DNA of 59,029 nucleotides from Candidatus Hydrogenedentota bacterium (GTDB lineage Bacteria; Hydrogenedentota; Hydrogenedentia; Hydrogenedentales; SLHB01): positions 1 through 59,029 of the forward strand of contig BTVY01000047.1 of NCBI GenBank assembly GCA_045863335.1. The letters are read 5' to 3'. Below the pieces are notes generated by a model. That model was given only the letters and a program-made list of their open reading frames with translations, was not told where the DNA came from and made no database searches. Shown piece after piece: positions 20,317 through 30,577 of this stretch. Each line of letters begins with the position of its first letter. The stretch's first letter is position 1. The position numbers and the translations under genes are program-made.

Positions 20317-23300
20317 ATGAAAGCAAAGGAAAAGACCTTCAAATACCCCGGCAAACGGGACGCGATGGATGGAAACACCGCGGTCGTCATGTGTGAACGC
20401 GAGTCCTCCGACGCCGCGGGTGCATACCCCATTACGCCGTCCACGCAGATGGGCGAGTACTGGGCCGAGAATGCAGCAGCGGGACACATCAACGTGTCGG
20501 ACCGCCCGTTGATCTTCATCGAACCGGAAGGCGAGCACGCTGCCGCGGCGGTAACTGCCGGTCTTTCGATGACGGGCCTGCGTTCGACGAACTTCTCGTC
20601 CGGCCAGGGTATCGCTTACATGCACGAGTCGCTGTACGCGGCGGTGGGTAAGCGCCTCACCTACGTGTTGAATATGGGCTGCCGCGCCATGACCAAAGCA
20701 ACCCTTAACGTGCATGCGGGTCATGACGATTATCACTGCGTGGACGATACGGGTTTCTTTCAGGTGTTCGGCAAGAACGTCCAGGAAGCCTGCGACCTGA
20801 ATATCATCTCGCACCGCATTGCCGAGCTATCCCTGAATCCCGGCATCTGCGCCCAGGACGGTTTCCTGACCACCCACCTCATCGAGTCCCTCATGATCCC
20901 GGAACGGGAACTGATCGCAGAATACCTCGGCCTGCCGGATGATATCATCGAAACGCCGACCCCCGCACAGAAGCTGATCTTCGGCGAATACCGCCGCCGC
21001 ATTCCGGAGCTGTGGAGCGTCGACAATCCGGTCATGGCCGGCGTCGTGCAGAACCAGGACTCTTACATGCAGAGCGTGGCCGCGCAACGGCCCTTCTTCT
21101 TCGACCACGTCGCGGCGTTGACCGACCAGGCGATGGACGAGTTCTACGAACTGACGGGGCGCCGGTATCACCGCGTATCCACGTACAAATGCGACGATGC
21201 GGATTACGTCATCGTCGGACAGGGGAGCGTGGTGCCGAACGCGGAAGCCGTCGCGGACTACCTGCGCGAATCCCGCGGCATCAAAGTGGGCGTGGTCAAC
21301 CTGACCATGTTCCGGCCCTTCCCCGGCGACCTTCTTGGTTCGCTCCTGAAGGGCCGCAAAGGCGTGGCCGTATTGGAACGCACGGACCAGCCGCTCGCTG
21401 AGGACCTGCCCCTTATGCGGGAAGTCCGCGCCACGTTGAACAAATGCCTCGAAAACGGTAAGTCCAACGGCAAAGGCCCCGTCTATCCGAAGTACGACAC
21501 CTTCAAGAAGTCGGACGACATGCCGACGCTCTACTCGGGCTCCTACGGTCTCGGAAGCCGCGACCTGCAGCCCGAAGCACTCATCGGCGCCGTGGAGAAC
21601 ATGCTTCCGGATGGCAAGCAGAAGAAACTGTTCTATCTCTCCATCGATTTCATCCACGATAAGCCGTTCACGCCGAAACAGGAAATCTACCAGCAGCAGA
21701 TCCTGGACGGCTATCCCAACATCAAAGAATTGTCGGTACGCGGGAGCGAAAACCCGAACCTGATGCCGAAAGACAGCATCACGGTGCGGTTCCACTCCAT
21801 CGGCGGCTGGGGCGCCATCACGACCGGTAAGAATCTGGCGATGACGCTGTTCGACCTGCTCGGCTACCACATCAAGGCGAACCCGAAGTACGGTTCCGAA
21901 AAGAAAGGCCAGCCGACGACCTACTACCTGTCCGCCGCGCCGGAACCGATTCGCATCAACTCCGAGTATTTCTACGTGGACGTGGTGCTGTCGCCGGACC
22001 CGAACGTATTCGGACACTCGAATCCGCTGGCCGGTTTGAAGAAAGGCGGCGTGTTCATCATTCAAAGCGAGTACGAGGATCCCAAGGACGTGTGGGCGAA
22101 GCAGATCCCGCGCCGGTTCCAGCAGATCATCCTCGAAAACGACCTCCGGGTGTTCTATGTGGACGGCTTCAAAATCGCCCGCGAAATCGCGACGGATTCT
22201 GAACTCCAGTTCCGCATGCAGGGCATCGCCTTCATGGGCGCCTTCTTCAACGCTTCTCCCGTGATGAAACAGGCGAACCTGAGCGAAGAAGCCCTGTTCA
22301 AAGCGATCGAAGACCAGTTGCAGCACAAGTTCGGTGCAAAAGGCGCGCGGATTGTGGAAGGCAACATGCAGGTCGTACGCCGCGGTTTCCTGGAATCCAC
22401 GGAGATCACGGACAAGGTCTTGTCGGAAGACGAGAGCCCCTCCCTGCGCAAAGAAATCGCCATCCCGATTATGCTCAAGGAACAACCGGCCAGCGAGGCT
22501 GCCGCGACGGATATCCACCGGTTCTGGGAACAGACCGGGAACTTCTACCTGACCGGAAAGGGCGGAGACAACCTGACCGATCCCTTCATCGGCATGAGCT
22601 GTATTCCGGTTTCGACCGGCGTATTCCGCGACATGACGACCATCCGATTCAATCATCCGGAATGGGACCCGCAGAAATGTACGGGCTGCGGCTCGTGCTG
22701 GACGGTCTGCCCCGATTCAGCCATTCCTGGTCTGGTCAATTCGGTTTCCGAAGTATTCGAGACAGCCATTAAACGCGTTGAAGCGAGTGGCAAAACGGTG
22801 CGCCACCTTCGCAAAGCGGCGCGCACCATGGAACGCAAACTTCGCGACCTGATGAACGCCGGCGGCGAAGACGCTGCCGTGGATTCGTACCTGCACATCG
22901 CCGTCGATGCCCTGCGCCAGGATCAGACCCTCCATGAAACGGAGCGTGCCGAATTGTCGCAGGAGTTGGACTGGTTCGTGGCGGCCATCGGCGAGTTCAA
23001 GTTTGCCCTCACAAAACCTTTCTATTCCCTGAAAGAGAAAGAAGCGGCCGGCAGCGGCGGGCTGCTGTCCATCACGATCGATCCCTACGCGTGTAAGGGT
23101 TGTAAAGAATGCGTCCAGGTCTGCCCGGACGATGCGCTCAGCATGACACTGCAGACGCCGGAATCCGTCAAGAGCCTTCGCAAGAACTGGGAGTTCTGGC
23201 TGGATCTTCCGAATACGTCCCAGGAATACATCCGCATTGACGACCTCGAAGAGGCCATCGGCGCGCTCGAAACTTTGCTGCTCGACAAGACCAACTACAA

Positions 23301-25293
23301 ATCCATGGTCGGCGGCGACGGCGCCTGCCTCGGTTGCGGCGAAAAGACGGTCATGCACCTCTTTACGGCGACGGTGGAGGCGTTGATGCGGCCCCGCGTG
23401 GCGAAACACGTGGCCAAAATCGAGGAACTCATCCAGAGTCTCGAGAAACACATCCGGTTGCGCCTGGCCGAATCCGTCGACGTGGGCGACACGAGCGCGA
23501 TGGTATCGGCCATCGACGCGCTGAAAAACAAAGACCTCACGCTCTCCAATCTTTCGGGCGCCCTGGACAATGCGCGGGTCAGCATGCCGCTGGACAGCGA
23601 TTGGCTCAAGCGGGTCACGCAACTTCTTGCGAAGTTGAAGCACCTGAAATGGCAGTACACCCAGGGCACGACCGGCCGGGGCCGTTCGAGCCTGGGCATG
23701 ATCAACAGCACGGGTTGTACGTCCGTCTGGGCATCAACCTATCCCTTTAACCCCTATCCTTTCCCCTGGACCAACCACTTGTTCCAGGACAGCACGTCCA
23801 TGGCCATGGGAATCTTCGAGGGACATATGGCCAAGATGGCCGATGGGTTCAAGGCTATCCGCATGGTCGAGCTGGAGTTGGAAGGCAAGTACAACCCGAA
23901 AGAGCACGAAGAGTTCTTCCGGTACTTCAACTGGAACACGTTCACGGACGAGGAATTCGCCCTGTGCCCACCCGTGGTCGCCGTCGGCGGCGACGGTGCG
24001 TTGTACGACATCGGGTTCCAGAACCTATCCCGCATGATGATGACTGGCAAGCCCATCAAGGTGGTGGTGCTGGATACGCAGGTGTATTCAAACACCGGCG
24101 GCCAAGCCTGCACCTCCGGCTTCACGGGCCAGGTGTCGGATATGGCCCAGTACGGAAAGGCCCAGAAGGGTAAGGAAGAAATCCGCAAGGAAATCGGGCT
24201 GATCGGCATGGCCCACCGGACGACCTTCGTGTTGCAAGGAACCATGGCGAACACGTCGCACCTGATCGAAGGAATGATTCGCGGTCTCCTGGCGAAGCGG
24301 CCGGCCCTGTTCAACATTTACAGCCCCTGCATGCCGGAACACGGGATCGGCGACGACCTGGCCAAACACCAGAGCAAGCTGGCGCTCGAGTCCAGGGCCT
24401 ACCCGGTCTTCACCTACGACCCGGACAAGGGCGACCTGCCGGAAGAGTGCTTCAACCTCGACGGCAACCCGGCCATGGACGACGATTGGCCGTCGTACAC
24501 GCTCACCTACGTCGACGAGAACGGCAGTGCCGGCTCCATGGAGTTGCCGCTGACCTTCGCTGACTTTGCCGTGACGGAAGCCCGGTTCCGCAAGCACTTC
24601 AAGAAGGCGCCGCGGGACACGTGGAACGACGACATGGTTCCAGTCGCGGACTTTCTGAAACTGGACGCTGACGACCGCGAAGGCAAGTACCCCTTCGTGT
24701 GGGCGGTTGACGCAAAGAACCGGCTCAGCCGGGTGATCGTGTCGGAGCCCGTCATCAAGGCGAGCGAAGACCGGCGTCACTTCTGGGTCATGCTGAAAGC
24801 TCTGGCGGGTATCGGTAAAGATGTCGATATCCAGGCGATTAAGGATGAGACGCGCGTGGATGTGGTCCAAAAGCTCACCGCAGGATTGTTAGAGATGGTT
24901 GGTGGCGGCGGATCCGCGCCGATGGTAATGCCTTCGATGCCGGCACCGGCAGCAGCCGCAACGGAAGCGCCGGCAGAAGCAGCGAAGGCGACTGCCGTAG
25001 CACCGGCAGGGTCCGGCAACGGCGCTCCAACCGGCAACGGCTACGTAGCGCCCTACCTGGACTCGAACGAGTGCACGGGCTGCGGCGAGTGCGTGCTCGT
25101 AAACCCGAAGATTTTCGGGTGGAATGACAAGAAGCAGGCCGTGATCCGCGACGCGAATGGCGGTCCCTACAAGGATGTCGTGAAGGCGGCGGAAAAATGC
25201 GCGGCCCGCGCCATCGCGCCGGGAATTCCGGCGGACACGTCCGGCAAAGAGATCGAGAAACTGATTAAGCGGGCGGCGAAGTATAATTCGTAA
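20317..25293 (+). CDS. Single-chain pyruvate/2-oxoacid:ferredoxin oxidoreductase with insertions and an extra C-terminal ferredoxin
   Basis: MDGNTA, AYPITPS, SGQG, CTGCGSC, CKGCKEC, GACLGCGE, GGDG...DIG, DTQVYSNTGGQ; Ala/Pro linker, then CTGCGEC. Confidence 0.92.
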   Translation: MKAKEKTFKYPGKRDAMDGNTAVVMCERESSDAAGAYPITPSTQMGEYWAENAAAGHINVSDRPLIFIEPEGEHAAAAVTAGLSMTGLRSTNFSSGQGIAYMHESLYAAVGKRLTYVLNMGCRAMTKATLNVHAGHDDYHCVDDTGFFQVFGKNVQEACDLNIISHRIAELSLNPGICAQDGFLTTHLIESLMIPERELIAEYLGLPDDIIETPTPAQKLIFGEYRRRIPELWSVDNPVMAGVVQNQDSYMQSVAAQRPFFFDHVAALTDQAMDEFYELTGRRYHRVSTYKCDDADYVIVGQGSVVPNAEAVADYLRESRGIKVGVVNLTMFRPFPGDLLGSLLKGRKGVAVLERTDQPLAEDLPLMREVRATLNKCLENGKSNGKGPVYPKYDTFKKSDDMPTLYSGSYGLGSRDLQPEALIGAVENMLPDGKQKKLFYLSIDFIHDKPFTPKQEIYQQQILDGYPNIKELSVRGSENPNLMPKDSITVRFHSIGGWGAITTGKNLAMTLFDLLGYHIKANPKYGSEKKGQPTTYYLSAAPEPIRINSEYFYVDVVLSPDPNVFGHSNPLAGLKKGGVFIIQSEYEDPKDVWAKQIPRRFQQIILENDLRVFYVDGFKIAREIATDSELQFRMQGIAFMGAFFNASPVMKQANLSEEALFKAIEDQLQHKFGAKGARIVEGNMQVVRRGFLESTEITDKVLSEDESPSLRKEIAIPIMLKEQPASEAAATDIHRFWEQTGNFYLTGKGGDNLTDPFIGMSCIPVSTGVFRDMTTIRFNHPEWDPQKCTGCGSCWTVCPDSAIPGLVNSVSEVFETAIKRVEASGKTVRHLRKAARTMERKLRDLMNAGGEDAAVDSYLHIAVDALRQDQTLHETERAELSQELDWFVAAIGEFKFALTKPFYSLKEKEAAGSGGLLSITIDPYACKGCKECVQVCPDDALSMTLQTPESVKSLRKNWEFWLDLPNTSQEYIRIDDLEEAIGALETLLLDKTNYKSMVGGDGACLGCGEKTVMHLFTATVEALMRPRVAKHVAKIEELIQSLEKHIRLRLAESVDVGDTSAMVSAIDALKNKDLTLSNLSGALDNARVSMPLDSDWLKRVTQLLAKLKHLKWQYTQGTTGRGRSSLGMINSTGCTSVWASTYPFNPYPFPWTNHLFQDSTSMAMGIFEGHMAKMADGFKAIRMVELELEGKYNPKEHEEFFRYFNWNTFTDEEFALCPPVVAVGGDGALYDIGFQNLSRMMMTGKPIKVVVLDTQVYSNTGGQACTSGFTGQVSDMAQYGKAQKGKEEIRKEIGLIGMAHRTTFVLQGTMANTSHLIEGMIRGLLAKRPALFNIYSPCMPEHGIGDDLAKHQSKLALESRAYPVFTYDPDKGDLPEECFNLDGNPAMDDDWPSYTLTYVDENGSAGSMELPLTFADFAVTEARFRKHFKKAPRDTWNDDMVPVADFLKLDADDREGKYPFVWAVDAKNRLSRVIVSEPVIKASEDRRHFWVMLKALAGIGKDVDIQAIKDETRVDVVQKLTAGLLEMVGGGGSAPMVMPSMPAPAAAATEAPAEAAKATAVAPAGSGNGAPTGNGYVAPYLDSNECTGCGECVLVNPKIFGWNDKKQAVIRDANGGPYKDVVKAAEKCAARAIAPGIPADTSGKEIEKLIKRAAKYNS

Positions 25294-25391
25294 AATGACA
25301 CGGCCCGGCGCGTAGTACTCGAGATACTGGGCGCCGGGCCGTCTGACAAGAGTGTGTCCAAGTTGGGGCATAGACGAGGGGAACATCTGGG

Positions 25392-26741
25392 ATGTGGCTA
25401 CTCGGGCTGAATTCGCGAAAGACCTTTTCGCACGGCATTCATCCTCCTGAGAGCAAGGAATTGACTCAGGACAAGGCGATTCGCCGTCTGCCGTTTGCCC
25501 CGCACCTGATCATTCCGCTGTCGCAACACACCGGCGCTCCCGCCAAGCCAATCGTTCGTGAAGACCAGGAGGTGGCCCGGGGCGAACCCATCGCCGAACC
25601 GGGCGGCTTCGTCTCGGTGCCCATGCACGCGCCGGTCACCGGACGGGTCGAAAAGATTGCTCTCGCCCGAGACGCCCGCGGCGGCATGTCCCCCGCCATC
25701 TTCATCGAGCAGTATCCCGCGGCAAACCAGGAAATCCTGTACGGCGCGGAAACGGATATCGACAGCCTCACACCGGAGGAACTGGTCAAGGCGGTTCAGG
25801 CGACCGGCGTGGTCGGCCTGGGCGGCGCGGCGTTTCCCACGCACGTAAAACTGGCCCTGCCCGAAGGCAAGTCGGTGGACACTGTTATCGTGAACGGGTG
25901 CGAATGCGAGCCCTTCCTTACGACCGACCACCGCGTCATGCTGGAGCAAGTCGACAGCATCTTCAAAGGCATCCGTATCGTGCTCCGCGCGCTGGGCGCG
26001 AAGCAGGCCATCGTCGGCATCGAAACGAACAAGATGGATGCGGTGGAGAAGATGCGCGCGGGAATTCCCAAAGGCGTGCCCTGCACTATCGAGGCCATCG
26101 AAGCCAAGTACCCGCAGGGCGCGGAAAAGATGCTGACCAAGGCCCTCGTGAACCGCGAAGTGCCGTCCGGCGGATTGCCCATCGACGTGGGCGTGGCGGT
26201 CTTCAACGTCGCCACCCTCGCGCAGATTGGGGAGTTAATGCCCGTCCGGCAAGGGCTCATCGAACGCGTCGTGACCGTGTCCGGCACGGGCGTCCGCAAT
26301 CCCGGCAACTTCCTGATGGCGATTGGCACGCCCCTCCGGTTTATAATGGACCAGGTCGGTTTCAAGGAGCGGGAGTGCCAGATCATCCTTGGCGGGCCCA
26401 TGATGGGCACGTCCGTCGGCACCCTGGATCTCCCCGTTACCAAAGGCGTCACCGGCATCCTGGCTATCGCCAAGGATCACCCGCTGGCCATTCGCAACGG
26501 CAAAGTGTTTCCCTGCATCAAGTGCGGTTCCTGCGTGGAGGCGTGCCCCATGCATTTGAACCCTTCAGAACTCGGACTTCTGGCGCGCAAACAGGAATAC
26601 GAGACCATGGCGGAGCGGTACCATCTCATGGACTGCTTCGAGTGCGGATGCTGCTCTTTCGTCTGTCCCTCGAACATCCCCTTGGTCCAGTACTTTCGCG
26701 TGTCCAAGGCAATCAATCGTGAAAGAAAGGTTCCGAAATGA
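25392..26741 (+). CDS. rnfC: Rnf complex subunit C
   Basis: GVVGLGGAAFPT, NGCECEP, KYPQGAEK, two 4Fe-4S motifs. Confidence 0.95.
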   Translation: MWLLGLNSRKTFSHGIHPPESKELTQDKAIRRLPFAPHLIIPLSQHTGAPAKPIVREDQEVARGEPIAEPGGFVSVPMHAPVTGRVEKIALARDARGGMSPAIFIEQYPAANQEILYGAETDIDSLTPEELVKAVQATGVVGLGGAAFPTHVKLALPEGKSVDTVIVNGCECEPFLTTDHRVMLEQVDSIFKGIRIVLRALGAKQAIVGIETNKMDAVEKMRAGIPKGVPCTIEAIEAKYPQGAEKMLTKALVNREVPSGGLPIDVGVAVFNVATLAQIGELMPVRQGLIERVVTVSGTGVRNPGNFLMAIGTPLRFIMDQVGFKERECQIILGGPMMGTSVGTLDLPVTKGVTGILAIAKDHPLAIRNGKVFPCIKCGSCVEACPMHLNPSELGLLARKQEYETMAERYHLMDCFECGCCSFVCPSNIPLVQYFRVSKAINRERKVPK

Positions 26742-27814
26742 GCGTAGGAACCCACGCTATAGACATTCGCACGTCGCCTCACATCAAAGGCCGCGTGACC
26801 ACCGACACCATCATGCTGAACGTGGTATACGCCCTGCTTCCCGTGACGGCCTTTGCCGTGTTCGTATTCGGACTGAGCGCCTTCCTGCTTGTAATCGTGA
26901 CGACCGGTACCTGCGTGCTGACCGAACACGTGTTGTGCAAGCTCGCGCGCAAACCGAGCACGGTCTCCGACTACAGTGCAGTGATAACCGGCTTGCTGTT
27001 GGCGCTGACCTTGCCGCCCGGCTTCCCCCTGTGGATGGCCATCGTTGGCAGCGTGATTTCCATCGGACTCGGCAAAGCCTTGTTCGGCGGTCTCGGGATG
27101 AATCCCTTCAACCCCGCGCTGGTGGGACGCGCGTTCTTACAGGCGGCTTTCCCGGTGGCAATCACCACGTGGACGCCGGCGTTCTGGCCCGAAATGCAAA
27201 TCTGGTCGACGGAGCGCTTCACCTCCATCGTGTTGCCCACCGTGTCGCTTCCATTCATGCGCCCAGAGTCTGTGGCGTCGTTCATCAAAGGGATTACCAT
27301 CGACGGTTTCTCGGGCGCGACGCCCCTGTCGCGTATGAAGTTCGATCACGAAAGCACGTCCATTATGGACTTGTTCGTGGGCATGACCGCGGGCTCCACG
27401 GGCGAGACGTCCTCGGCGCTCATCATTCTCGGCGGTCTCTACCTTATGGCACGCAAAATGATGAACTGGCGCATCCCGGTGGCCATTCTAGGTAGCGCAA
27501 CCGTCGTGAGCGGAATCTTCTACGCACTCAATTCGGAAATCTACCCCACCCCGCTCTTCGTGCTCTTCTCTGGCGGACTCATGCTCGGCGCCATGTTCAT
27601 GGCCTCGGACATGGTCGGCTCGCCCACCACGCCGCTGGGCGTATGGATCTACGGCATTCTCATCGGATCCGTAACGGTGGTCATCCGGTTGAAAGGCGGC
27701 CTTCCTGAAGGGACCATGTACGCGATCCTCCTCGGCAATGCATGCACGCCGTTGATCGATAACCTCACCCAGCCCAAGATATTCGGCGCCCGCAAGAAGG
27801 GAGAAGGCAAATGA
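26738..27814 (+). CDS. rnfD: Rnf complex subunit D
   Basis: SPH, FGGLGMNPFNPA, SGATPL FMN site, GETS. Confidence 0.95.
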   Translation: MSVGTHAIDIRTSPHIKGRVTTDTIMLNVVYALLPVTAFAVFVFGLSAFLLVIVTTGTCVLTEHVLCKLARKPSTVSDYSAVITGLLLALTLPPGFPLWMAIVGSVISIGLGKALFGGLGMNPFNPALVGRAFLQAAFPVAITTWTPAFWPEMQIWSTERFTSIVLPTVSLPFMRPESVASFIKGITIDGFSGATPLSRMKFDHESTSIMDLFVGMTAGSTGETSSALIILGGLYLMARKMMNWRIPVAILGSATVVSGIFYALNSEIYPTPLFVLFSGGLMLGAMFMASDMVGSPTTPLGVWIYGILIGSVTVVIRLKGGLPEGTMYAILLGNACTPLIDNLTQPKIFGARKKGEGK

Positions 27815-28512
27815 ACGCGGCAACGGAACAGACCCTGCCGATGCCGAAGCAAACGAGCAGCGCTTATATGATCCTCGTGATGACGGCCGTCGCGACCTTG
27901 TGCGGCCTGTTGATTGTTACGGCGTATCAAGCGACCGCGCCCGCCATCGCGCGCAACCAGGCCCAGATTATCGAAGAATCCGTATTCGAGGTGCTTCCGA
28001 ATGCGACGCGACAAGTAGCGTTCGCGGTCGACGCGGCTGGTGGTACCGTCACTGTGGATGCGGAAGGTCAGAGCGCGTTGCCGAAGATCTTCGCGGGCTA
28101 CGACGACTCCGGCGCACTCGTCGGGATCGCCGTTGAAGCCAGCGGACGCGGCTATCAGGACATCATCCGCGTCCTCTATAGCTACTCGCCGGACTGCGGC
28201 TGCATTAACGGTTTCAAAGTATTGGATCACAAGGAAACGCCGGGCCTGGGCGACAAGATCATTACCGACCCGGATTTTCAGAAGAACTTTGAGAAGCTGG
28301 ATGCCACGCTGGACCCGGCAACAAGCACCCCGGTTAACGAGATCGTGACGGTCAAGCACGGCACCAAGTCGGAGCCATGGCAGATCGACGCCATCTCGGG
28401 CGCGACCATCTCTTCGAAGGCCATCGGCCGAATCATGCAGTCCAGCACCGACGAGATGCTTCCGGTCATTACCGCCCATCTCGACGATATCCGAAAGGCA
28501 GGCACATCATGA
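27811..28512 (+). CDS. rnfG: Rnf complex subunit G
   Basis: HKETPGLG and DAISGATISS FMN site. Confidence 0.93.
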   Translation: MNAATEQTLPMPKQTSSAYMILVMTAVATLCGLLIVTAYQATAPAIARNQAQIIEESVFEVLPNATRQVAFAVDAAGGTVTVDAEGQSALPKIFAGYDDSGALVGIAVEASGRGYQDIIRVLYSYSPDCGCINGFKVLDHKETPGLGDKIITDPDFQKNFEKLDATLDPATSTPVNEIVTVKHGTKSEPWQIDAISGATISSKAIGRIMQSSTDEMLPVITAHLDDIRKAGTS

Positions 28513-29162
28513 GCAAAGCTGGGCCTTCCCAAGCCAGCATCTTTCTGAACGGTCTCTGGAAAGAAAACCCCGTATTCGTCCAGGTACTGGGGATGTGCCC
28601 GGTACTTGCCGTAACGAACTCGGTGCGCAACGCGATCGCCATGGGACTTTCAACCATGTTCGTCCTCGTCATGTCGAGCACGCTCGTGTCACTGGTCCGC
28701 AACATCGTGCCGAAGCAAGTCCGTATCGCCACATACATCCTCATCATCTCCACCTTCGTGACCATTGTGGACTACGTCATCAAGGCGGTCAGCATCCCGG
28801 TTTACAAGGCCCTCGGCCCCTTCATCGCGCTGATCGTTGTGAACTGTATTATCCTCGGGCGCGCGGAAGCCTTCGCGTCGAAGAACTCCGTGTACCGCTC
28901 CATACTGGACGCCTTTGGAATGGGGATCGGGTTCTCTTTCGCGCTGCTCTGCCTGGGTGCCGTGCGCGAAATCCTCGGCGCTGGGACCTTCCTCGGAGTA
29001 CCCCTCTTCGGCGCCAATTTTGAACCCTGGATCATCTTCCTGTTGCCGAGCGGCGGATTCTTCACACTCGGTGCCTGGCTGCTCGCCTTCAGTCTCTGGA
29101 AGGAACGTAAAGAGCGCAGAGCTACACAGGCGGCCGAACGCGCGCGGGAGTTGGCAGCATGA
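28509..29162 (+). CDS. rnfE: Rnf complex subunit E
   Basis: ENPVFVQVLGMCP and LIVVNCIILGRAE; ATGA overlap with rnfG. Confidence 0.95.
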   Translation: MSKAGPSQASIFLNGLWKENPVFVQVLGMCPVLAVTNSVRNAIAMGLSTMFVLVMSSTLVSLVRNIVPKQVRIATYILIISTFVTIVDYVIKAVSIPVYKALGPFIALIVVNCIILGRAEAFASKNSVYRSILDAFGMGIGFSFALLCLGAVREILGAGTFLGVPLFGANFEPWIIFLLPSGGFFTLGAWLLAFSLWKERKERRATQAAERARELAA

Positions 29163-29743
29163 ATTCAGCATCCCTTTCGTTCATCTTTATCGACTCGCTC
29201 CTGATCAACAACCTTGTGCTTGCCGTGTTCCTCGGAATCTGCCCGTTTCTCGGCGTTTCCGGAAAGTTGGAAACCGCGACGCGCATGGGCGGCGCCGTTA
29301 TCTTCGTTATGCTCGTGAGTTCGACGTTGACCTTCGGGATCAACCGCCTGCTCATCGCCGTCGATGCGGAATACCTCCGTATCATCGCGTACATTGTGGT
29401 GATTGCATCGACGGTGCAACTGGTGGAGATGTTCATCAAGAAGACCAGCCCTGCCCTGTTCCGCGCGCTCGGCATCTATCTGCCCTTGATCACGACGAAC
29501 TGCGCCATCCTCGGCGTGGCCATGTTTCAGACCTTCCGCGAGTACAGCTTCATCCAGAGCCTTGTGTTCAGCATCGGCTCGGGTCTGGGCTTCGCACTGG
29601 CGCTCGTCATTATGTCCGGCATTCGCGAGCAGTTGAACCTGGCGGATGTACCGAACGTCGCCAAGGGGACGGCGATTGCCCTCATGGTTGCAGGTATTCT
29701 GTCGATGGCCTTCATGGGATTCGCGGGTTTGGGAAGCAACTAG
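29159..29743 (+). CDS. rnfA: Rnf complex subunit A
   Basis: NNLVL..FLGICPFLGVS and LPLITTNCAILG. Confidence 0.95.
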   Translation: MNSASLSFIFIDSLLINNLVLAVFLGICPFLGVSGKLETATRMGGAVIFVMLVSSTLTFGINRLLIAVDAEYLRIIAYIVVIASTVQLVEMFIKKTSPALFRALGIYLPLITTNCAILGVAMFQTFREYSFIQSLVFSIGSGLGFALALVIMSGIREQLNLADVPNVAKGTAIALMVAGILSMAFMGFAGLGSN

Positions 29744-29752
29744 AGACGCGCA

Positions 29753-29947
29753 ATGGCGGACTTAATTTACACGTTCCTGACGGGTGTCGGCGGCATGATT
29801 CTTATCGCGGTCGCGTGGTTCGGGGTCCAGTCACTCGTGCGACGCAATTCCCCTCATCTTTCGGTCGACTGCGATCTCCTGGAAAGCATGTGCCATGACT
29901 GCGGAAGCTGCGCCGAAGCCGGCAACTGCGGCCTCCACCGTCAATAG
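29753..29947 (+). CDS. Small membrane-anchored Cys-rich protein
   Basis: One TM helix, then CHDCGSCAEAGNC; starts 9 nt after the rnfA stop. Confidence 0.7.
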   Translation: MADLIYTFLTGVGGMILIAVAWFGVQSLVRRNSPHLSVDCDLLESMCHDCGSCAEAGNCGLHRQ

Positions 29948-29948
29948 G

Positions 29949-30395
29949 TCATACGGAAAGCGTTCCGCGCATGACTTTGATTTCTTCGCGCTGTTCCATC
30001 TCCAGCAAGTCCGTCAGTGCTTCGCGCAAAGGCGTGGAGATTGACCGCTCGATAAGTTCCCGGTAGACCGAAATCAAGAACCGGTCCAGATCAAGTCCAA
30101 GTTCAACCAACTCCTCCGACGTAAGGTCCGCCCCAAACCGAAACTTTTCGATTCTGGGAAATGCGCGAAGGTCAGGGGATACCTTGAACCAGGCTTCAAG
30201 TACTCCCCGCGAGGCGCCGTGTTCGTACTCCTCGAGGCAATGCTGGAGGTACGCTTCGTGGCGGCTCAGGTAATCGAGCAGAACCCGAATCTGTTCGTCT
30301 TTCGTCTCGGCAATGTGGGATTGATAGTAGTGGCTGAGGTCGCGGTGAAACGCCTCTGCCTTCTTGAGCACGTCAATCAGTCGCAGCGGAGCCAT
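29949..30395 (-). CDS. Ferritin-like/rubrerythrin-fold protein
   Basis: Helical pattern with EAFH, LSRHE..L and EMEQREE; GGGGGA RBS. Confidence 0.6.
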   Translation of the reverse strand: MAPLRLIDVLKKAEAFHRDLSHYYQSHIAETKDEQIRVLLDYLSRHEAYLQHCLEEYEHGASRGVLEAWFKVSPDLRAFPRIEKFRFGADLTSEELVELGLDLDRFLISVYRELIERSISTPLREALTDLLEMEQREEIKVMRGTLSV

Positions 30396-30577
30396 ACCGT
30401 CCCCCTTCGTTGATATGCCCCCTACCTATGATCTAACCACGTCCGTCGATTTTTAGCAAGCCTGCATGGCCTTCGCGGTTCTGGCACGAGAGAACGAAGA
30501 GCCAATCCCGGCCCCTACTTCTGCGATAAGTGGCGGGCAATCCTAAGGTTCAACTGGGGGACACTGCAGAATATGGG

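Noticed and set aside
20827-22656. 609-aa antisense ORF (likewise 989..2242, 57199..58644 and others)
   Set aside because: Shadow frames of high-GC genes with no recognisable motifs.
30482-30497. TGGCACG as a sigma54 promoter
   Set aside because: No GC at the -12 position and no downstream plus-strand gene.
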